This document shows, piece by piece, positions 58,604 through 64,000 of a stretch of DNA of 64,000 nucleotides. The stretch's first letter is position 1. Every line of letters begins with the position of its first letter. The notes beneath the pieces are model-generated. The model saw only the letters and a list, made by a program, of their open reading frames with translations, had not been told where the DNA came from and searched no databases. The DNA is taken from positions 96,001-160,000 of the forward strand of contig CAWEMM010000013.1 in the NCBI GenBank assembly GCA_963810095.1, read 5' to 3'. The DNA comes from an uncultured Chloroflexia bacterium (GTDB lineage: Bacteria > Chloroflexota > Anaerolineae > CG2-30-64-16). A program made the translations under genes and the position numbers.

Positions 58604-60056
58604 GCATCGTTCCAGAAAGAGATTGAGTTGACTGGGCCGCGACAGCGGGCCAGGCAATGACTGCCAGCAGCAGCGCCAGCTGCAGCTGCATGTGCTGGAC
58701 AAACAGGTTGTCGAACAGTCCGTGCACGGTCAGGTAGGTCCATGCTCCAAGAACGCCGATCGCCACGGCGCCGATCCATCCGGACCTCGCCCACCCCAGA
58801 CGGAGTGCGGTGACGGCAACACCGAACCAAAGGAGCAAGAAGGCGGCCAGGCCCAAGACGCCCGTTTCCGCCGCGAAGTTGATGAACACGTTGTGTGCGT
58901 GGCCGAGCGGGTCGTACCAGTGCGGCTGCGGGTAACTGGCGTAACTCGCCCCATAGTTGCCGATGCCCACGCCCAGCCACGGATGCTCGTCAAACATGCG
59001 AATCCCGGCTTGCCAGTGAGCCAGCCGCTCGAGCACGGAGAAGTTCTCATCCGTAATCTCGGTCCGGGCGGGGTCTGGCCCACCCACATAGCTCCCCAAG
59101 TCCTGCACCCGGCCGGCGATGGCCGATGGCAGCCACGATGTTCCCGAGAGTGCCACGGCCGCAACGAGGAGCGCGACGACCGCGGCCATGACGATCGCTG
59201 TGCGCCAGCTGCGCAGGCCGGCCACGACGACCAAGGCCGCAACCAAGCCGAGCCAGCCGCCCCGCGACCAACTCATGATGATGCCCGCGATGAGGGCAAG
59301 CGTGACCCCCGCCAGGAGTACGGTCAAGGCGAAGTCTTTGCTCTGGCGCCCTCGCCACCAGCGCCATCCGGCCCACAGGGCCAAGCTGGCTGCAACGGGC
59401 GCCAGGTAGCCCAGGTAGCCGGCGTAGGGATTCGGCTGGTTGAAGCTGCCGTAGGCCCGCAGGAACCCGCCCGGGAGAATGAACGCCTCCGGGCCCGCCT
59501 GGCGAACGAACTGGTACGCGCCTAGGGCCACCTGGCTCAGCCCGCCGGCCAGCAGCCCGGCGACCACCCACTTGCTCGACCTCGGCCCAAGCATCTGCGC
59601 GGCCACGATGTACAGCAGCGCAAACTCCACCCACTTGAACCACTCGGTGACGCCATCCCGCCACGAGAGTGCCTGCGAAAGACTCAGGCCGGCCACCCAG
59701 ACAAACAGCAGGAGCACCCCGGTCAGAACTGGGAGGCTCAACATAATCTTGCGCTCGGCAACGCCCCGCGCGAGCCAGAGCCCGACGACCAGGCCAACGA
59801 GGATGTCGGCCAGCCCGATGGCCGGCAGCGGCAGAGCCACGGAGTTGCTCCAGGGCAGAGCGACCGCGAGGACGAACAACGCGGCCGCGGGCTTGATCAG
59901 AAACCCGATGGCGAAGCCTGCCGCCGCCAGGGCAACCACTGCCAGCCGCAACGGCGCGGCGGCGAGAAAGGTGGCCAATAGCAGGAGGGCGACGACTGCG
60001 GCAAACGCTTTCAGGTGTTTGCGGGGCAGGCCGGGCGCCGCAGGTGCGACGCTCAT
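58563..60056 (-). CDS. O-antigen ligase (Wzy_C) family protein
   Basis: 'RAYGSFNQPN', 'SRGGW', 'ERLAHW', 'GVGIGNY', 'HAHN'. Confidence 0.92.
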   Translation of the reverse strand: MSVAPAAPGLPRKHLKAFAAVVALLLLATFLAAAPLRLAVVALAAAGFAIGFLIKPAAALFVLAVALPWSNSVALPLPAIGLADILVGLVVGLWLARGVAERKIMLSLPVLTGVLLLFVWVAGLSLSQALSWRDGVTEWFKWVEFALLYIVAAQMLGPRSSKWVVAGLLAGGLSQVALGAYQFVRQAGPEAFILPGGFLRAYGSFNQPNPYAGYLGYLAPVAASLALWAGWRWWRGRQSKDFALTVLLAGVTLALIAGIIMSWSRGGWLGLVAALVVVAGLRSWRTAIVMAAVVALLVAAVALSGTSWLPSAIAGRVQDLGSYVGGPDPARTEITDENFSVLERLAHWQAGIRMFDEHPWLGVGIGNYGASYASYPQPHWYDPLGHAHNVFINFAAETGVLGLAAFLLLWFGVAVTALRLGWARSGWIGAVAIGVLGAWTYLTVHGLFDNLFVQHMQLQLALLLAVIAWPAVAAQSTQSLSGTMHDSRCTVGIAHVK

Positions 60057-60143
60057 CCGAATAACATCCTCGGGGATATCCTGGGCTCCATAGACGGCTA
60101 GCAGAACCGGCTTCCGGCCGCGTGAAGCCGGCTAATCTTGCGC

Positions 60144-60204
60144 ATCATAGTGCAAAGAGGGTGCTTTGTCAATTAATTGACGCGCTTGTGGGCTATGGTA
60201 TACT
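60144..60204. promoter_or_regulatory. Back-to-back divergent sigma70 promoters
   Basis: Minus strand TTGACA(60172-60167)-N17-TATGAT; plus strand TTGACG(60177)-N16-TATACT with extended TG; palindrome GTCAATTAATTGAC at 60168-60181. Confidence 0.8.
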
Positions 60205-60280
60205 GTGTGGCTAATGCCACATCCGGAGTTGCCCGGGCAGCCCGCTCGCGCTCCGAACCACGTTTGAGGAGAAGTTCCAC

Positions 60281-60994
60281 ATGGCGAAGCAGGCGCAGAA
60301 GCCAAAATCTGCGTATTCGAATCCCGGCAAGCCGAAATCTGCACCTAAGAAGAGCACTCTCTCGCCGGCAGTGCTCCTGGGCGTGATCGCCGCGGCCATA
60401 CTTGTCGTGGCGGGTGTTATCATCCTTGCCAGCCGAGCCAACAGCCAGCCCCTGGCCGCGACAGACCGTGTAGGGGAGGGGGCAGCTTGGGGGCCGGTGG
60501 GCGCGCCGGTGCAGGTGGTGGCCTATTCGGACTTCGGCTGCTCGCATTGCCGAGACTGGGCGAATGTCCAGGAGAAGCAGCTGCGTGCGGACTATGAGGC
60601 ATCGGGCAAGGTGCGCTACGAGTACAAGAGCCAGAACATCGGCGGCACGCCGACGCGGGACGCAGCAAACGCGGCGGAATGCGCGGCGGATCAGGGCAAG
60701 TTCTGGGACTACCACGATGCGCTGTTCGCCCGGCAGGGCACGGCCGCGAACCCGTTCACAAAGCCCTTGTTGAAGCGCTATGCTGCGGAGCTGGGCCTGG
60801 ATGCGGCCAAATTCGATCCGTGCGTCGACCAGAACGCGCATTACGACACCGTGCGCGCTCAGGAGCGCGAGGCAAGCAGCAAGGGCGTCGACTCGACCCC
60901 GACCTTCTTCGTGAACGACAAGAAGGTCATGGGTGCGGTGCCTTACGATCAGTTTAAGGCCGAGGTGGAAGCAGCCATCGAGTCGGCGAAGTAG
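60281..60994 (+). CDS. DsbA/BdbD-like membrane-anchored thioredoxin-fold protein
   Basis: N-terminal TM; 'DFGCSHC' CxxC; 'GKFWDYHD.LF'; 'STPTFFVN'. Confidence 0.92.
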   Translation: MAKQAQKPKSAYSNPGKPKSAPKKSTLSPAVLLGVIAAAILVVAGVIILASRANSQPLAATDRVGEGAAWGPVGAPVQVVAYSDFGCSHCRDWANVQEKQLRADYEASGKVRYEYKSQNIGGTPTRDAANAAECAADQGKFWDYHDALFARQGTAANPFTKPLLKRYAAELGLDAAKFDPCVDQNAHYDTVRAQEREASSKGVDSTPTFFVNDKKVMGAVPYDQFKAEVEAAIESAK

Positions 60995-61316
60995 CCCGAT
61001 AAGGCCACAAAGCCAAATCAAAGGCCTCTGCGCCCTTGTTCCCCAAGGATTGCAGAGGCCTATATTGTATCCTGATATTTCGTGTAGCCAACGAAATGAG
61101 AACGTGTGTTGCGTGAGCGGGCGGAGGAGGGGCTCAATTAGGCTATGCGAAGCAGAACGGGGTGGAGCGCAAAGACGCGTGGCAGCTCGAAAGCGTGAAG
61201 CGCAAGGTGTGCCATCGCGAAACCACGGAGCCGGCCTTGCGACTCCGTGGCGGGCATCTCTTCTTGCCTCAGAAGGTTTGGCGCGCCGAACTCCTACCGG
61301 TAGGGCAGGAGGTGGC

Positions 61317-62195
61317 TTACAAGTAGCGGCCGATCAACGGCTCGAGGCGGACGGCCACGTCGGGCGGGATGGCCGACTTGTGGGTCATAATGGCATCCCG
61401 CAAGGCATCCGCGTAGGGGGAGGGGCCTGCGCCTTTCAGCCTGCGCACCGCGTTGACCACCGACGCCTTCGCGACCTCGGCGTTGGCCAGCAGCTGGCGC
61501 ACCACCATTTCGACGGTTACGGGTTCCTCGGTCTCGTGCCATACATCATAGTCCGTGACGCTCGCCATCGTCGCGTAGCTCATGCCGGCTTCCCGGGCCA
61601 GAAACGCCTCTGGGATGGCGGTCATGCCGATGATTGCAAAGCCGAGGGACTGATATACCCTGCTTTCAGCCTTCGTGCTGAAGCGAGGACCCTCGATCGT
61701 GACCAGCACGCCACCGCGCTGCACTTCGTGGCCTGTCTCGGCCACCGCATCCGCGCAAATTTGGCCGAGAGTGGGGCAGAACGGATCGGCGACCGAGATG
61801 TGGGCGACGACTCCGCCCGTGCCGGCACTTGGATCGTCGAAGAAGCTCGATACCCGGCCTCGAGTGCGGTCGAAGAGCTGGTCGGGCACCACGATGTCGC
61901 CGGGTTTGTGTGCCGGCTGCAGACTGCCGCATGCGCTGATCGAAATGAGATACTCGACGCCGAGCTTTTTGAAACCGAAGATGTTCGCGCGGGCATTGAG
62001 CCTGCCTGGGCTAACCCGGTGTCCCCGGCCGTGGCGGGGGAGAAACGCGACGGGTTGGCCCTCGATTGTCCCGACAATGTAAGAGTCAGATGGGGCGCCG
62101 AAGGGCGTGTCTAGCCGGACCTCCCGGACGTCCTTCAGCTGGCTCATGTCGTAGACGCCGCTGCCGCCGATTACGCCGATCCGAACTTGCTCCAT
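61317..62195 (-). CDS. mtnP: S-methyl-5'-thioadenosine phosphorylase
   Basis: 'IGVIGGSG', 'LPRHGRGH', 'EGPRFSTKAES', 'GMTAIPEA', 'VTDYDVW'. Confidence 0.95.
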   Translation of the reverse strand: MEQVRIGVIGGSGVYDMSQLKDVREVRLDTPFGAPSDSYIVGTIEGQPVAFLPRHGRGHRVSPGRLNARANIFGFKKLGVEYLISISACGSLQPAHKPGDIVVPDQLFDRTRGRVSSFFDDPSAGTGGVVAHISVADPFCPTLGQICADAVAETGHEVQRGGVLVTIEGPRFSTKAESRVYQSLGFAIIGMTAIPEAFLAREAGMSYATMASVTDYDVWHETEEPVTVEMVVRQLLANAEVAKASVVNAVRRLKGAGPSPYADALRDAIMTHKSAIPPDVAVRLEPLIGRYL

Positions 62196-62216
62196 GGGGA
62201 CATGCTCCTTAAAGAA

Positions 62217-63083
62217 CTACCAGATGACTCCGGGGGCCGTAGAAATGTGGGCCTGGACGCCCAGCCGCTTGACCATGCGCACCCGGTCCCAGCGGTCGCC
62301 CATCACGCCATCGTGGATTGCCCACGAGCGACCCCGCACCGTGTCTGCCAGGACGCGCCGCCGGAAGGGGCTGGATTCATCAAGCCGGGCGTAGTACTCG
62401 CCGCCGGGCTGGAAGCCGTTTTGGACCTCTTCCATTAGCGCTTTGCCCTGGATATAGCTGAAGCCGTAGCGCTCAAACAAGACTGCCGTGTGGTAGAAGA
62501 GGGGCTGGGCCACGTATTCATGCTGGTTCAGGCAGAGCATGAGCGTTTCGATGCGCTCGGCCAGCCAGCCAAACGCGTGTAGACCCCGCCGCACCTGGCC
62601 GGGCGAAAGCCCCGCCATCATCGCCCCTTCTTCGGCCACCACGTTTCGGCCCACGGTGCCGCGCATCGTCGAGCTGCCGCCCGGCAAGATGTCTGTGTCA
62701 TAGCGATGGGCCAAGGGGTCCTGCAGCGTCACCCACACGACCTCGATCTGGTTGAACTGCGTGTCGGCCAACTCGAGCTCGGCGATGGGCTCGGGAAAGC
62801 CCCCTTCATGGAACAACTCGAACTTGTAGCTGCCCTCGGCCAGCCCCTGGCGCGCAAAGAACACGGGATTGCCGGCCGGATCGGTGCCCAGGACGGGGTC
62901 GATGTGATACCTGGCGAGCACGTGGAGCGGGACCAGGATGCGGAACAGCATTCGCTGCCGCTCCAAGTCCCACTCTGTGACCTCACGCAGCGCAACGGGT
63001 TCCTTGCGCCCTTGCGTCAGGTCGACCCTCGTGCCGGCCTCCCGCTCCGCGGATGGGATGGATTTGAGCCAGGCGGGTAGCAT
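62217..63083 (-). CDS. Conserved hypothetical protein (possible GNAT-like fold)
   Basis: Operonic 288-aa ORF; 'GLSPGQVRRGL', 'PLFYHTAVLFERYGF'. Confidence 0.7.
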   Translation of the reverse strand: MLPAWLKSIPSAEREAGTRVDLTQGRKEPVALREVTEWDLERQRMLFRILVPLHVLARYHIDPVLGTDPAGNPVFFARQGLAEGSYKFELFHEGGFPEPIAELELADTQFNQIEVVWVTLQDPLAHRYDTDILPGGSSTMRGTVGRNVVAEEGAMMAGLSPGQVRRGLHAFGWLAERIETLMLCLNQHEYVAQPLFYHTAVLFERYGFSYIQGKALMEEVQNGFQPGGEYYARLDESSPFRRRVLADTVRGRSWAIHDGVMGDRWDRVRMVKRLGVQAHISTAPGVIW

Positions 63084-63967
63084 TATGCAAAACCAAAATC
63101 AGGATCGAGGCCCGCTTCGTCGAGGATGTCGCAAAGCAGGTCGGCAATCTGCCCATGCCGCACTCCGTTGCTCGCCAGGACGCCAAACCGGTTTTTGACG
63201 TTCTCCCGGTTGTACCGGATGGGGCGATTCCAGCAGTCGGTCATGAGGCCGCCGGCCTCGGAGACGATGATATCCGGCGCGCACGTGTCCCATTCCTTCG
63301 TGCCCGGGTTAGGGTGCACGTAGAACTCGGCCTGGCCACGCGCAATGAGGCCGATCTTCAGGCCCACGCTGCCGATGCTGCGCTCGCGCTGCAGACCCAT
63401 GCTTTTGATAATCGTATCGATCAGTGGCGGGCGGTGCGAGCGGCTGACCACGAGCCGGAAGCGTGCGACATCTCCCTCGTCGGACACGCGCAGCGGGTGG
63501 CGCTCGCCGAACTCTTCCACGTACGCGCCCTGGCCCTTGCTGGCGGCGAAAAGCACTTCGTTGATCGGCTGATACACCACGCCGGCCACCGGCTCGCCGT
63601 CGACTGCGAGCCCAATCATGATGACGAATTCTCCGTTGTGCGCGATGAACTCTGCCGTGCCGTCAAGCGGGTCCATGATCCATACCCGGCGCTTCTGCAG
63701 GCGGGTGAAATCGTCCTTCGACTCCTCTGCCAGGATGCCGTCTTGGGGGTAGAGCTGGTTAATCTGCTTGACGAGGTAGGCGTTTACGGCCCGGTCGGCT
63801 TCGGTTACGGGCTCGGTCGGATCCTTCCAACGTACGGTGGTCGGCACCTCGTAGAAAGTCTTGACGATTTCGCCCGCCTCGCGCGCGAGGCGGATGGCGG
63901 TGCGCAGTTCCTCGTCGTATTCCGGGCTGGGGCTGGCACTGGGTTGGGACATGGAAGTAGACGTCAC
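63083..63967 (-). CDS. cysQ: 3'(2'),5'-bisphosphate nucleotidase (CysQ / inositol monophosphatase family)
   Basis: 'PVTEAD', 'AEES', 'WIMDPLDGT', 'VSRSH', 'EWDTCA'. Confidence 0.88.
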   Translation of the reverse strand: MTSTSMSQPSASPSPEYDEELRTAIRLAREAGEIVKTFYEVPTTVRWKDPTEPVTEADRAVNAYLVKQINQLYPQDGILAEESKDDFTRLQKRRVWIMDPLDGTAEFIAHNGEFVIMIGLAVDGEPVAGVVYQPINEVLFAASKGQGAYVEEFGERHPLRVSDEGDVARFRLVVSRSHRPPLIDTIIKSMGLQRERSIGSVGLKIGLIARGQAEFYVHPNPGTKEWDTCAPDIIVSEAGGLMTDCWNRPIRYNRENVKNRFGVLASNGVRHGQIADLLCDILDEAGLDPDFGFA

Positions 63968-64000
63968 GGCTGTGTCCTTCTCGGATGCAGAGTATGCAGC

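Noticed and set aside
60933-62114. 393-aa plus-strand ORF
   Set aside because: Mostly antisense to mtnP and has no recognisable motifs

Overview
High-GC bacterial chromosomal window, most consistent with Chloroflexota, probably Anaerolineae. This is inferred from DUF2298/Chlor_Arch_YYY and TIGR03663-like proteins, a C-terminal 'WLPLLLK' motif and a glmS ribozyme. Bases 0.1-25 kb hold a Thr/Pro-rich secreted surface protein followed by seven GT-C-type polytopic membrane glycosyltransferase-like genes, with an ECF sigma/zinc anti-sigma pair embedded among them. Bases 25-41 kb are mostly housekeeping: ACBP, sucCD, CCA-adding enzyme, PP2C phosphatase, secDF, Zn-ADH, DD-carboxypeptidase, an rluB-cmk fusion, plsC, and glmS preceded by a glmS ribozyme with an ~80-nt structured insertion in its core. 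Bases 41-48 kb are an accessory block of two lipoprotein hydrolases plus a clostripain/CHAT (two clan-CD proteases) operon. Bases 48-64 kb carry mutS, Uma2, tex, DUF364, HEAT, GIY-YIG, DUF402, an O-antigen-ligase/GtrA/GT4 operon, a DsbA-like protein, mtnP and cysQ. Many palindromic repeats occur, including two 33-nt palindromes sitting in frame inside genes. Five genes have +1 frameshifts, probably assembly errors. No rRNA, tRNA, CRISPR array or transposase was recognised. All family calls come from motif recognition, not database searches.
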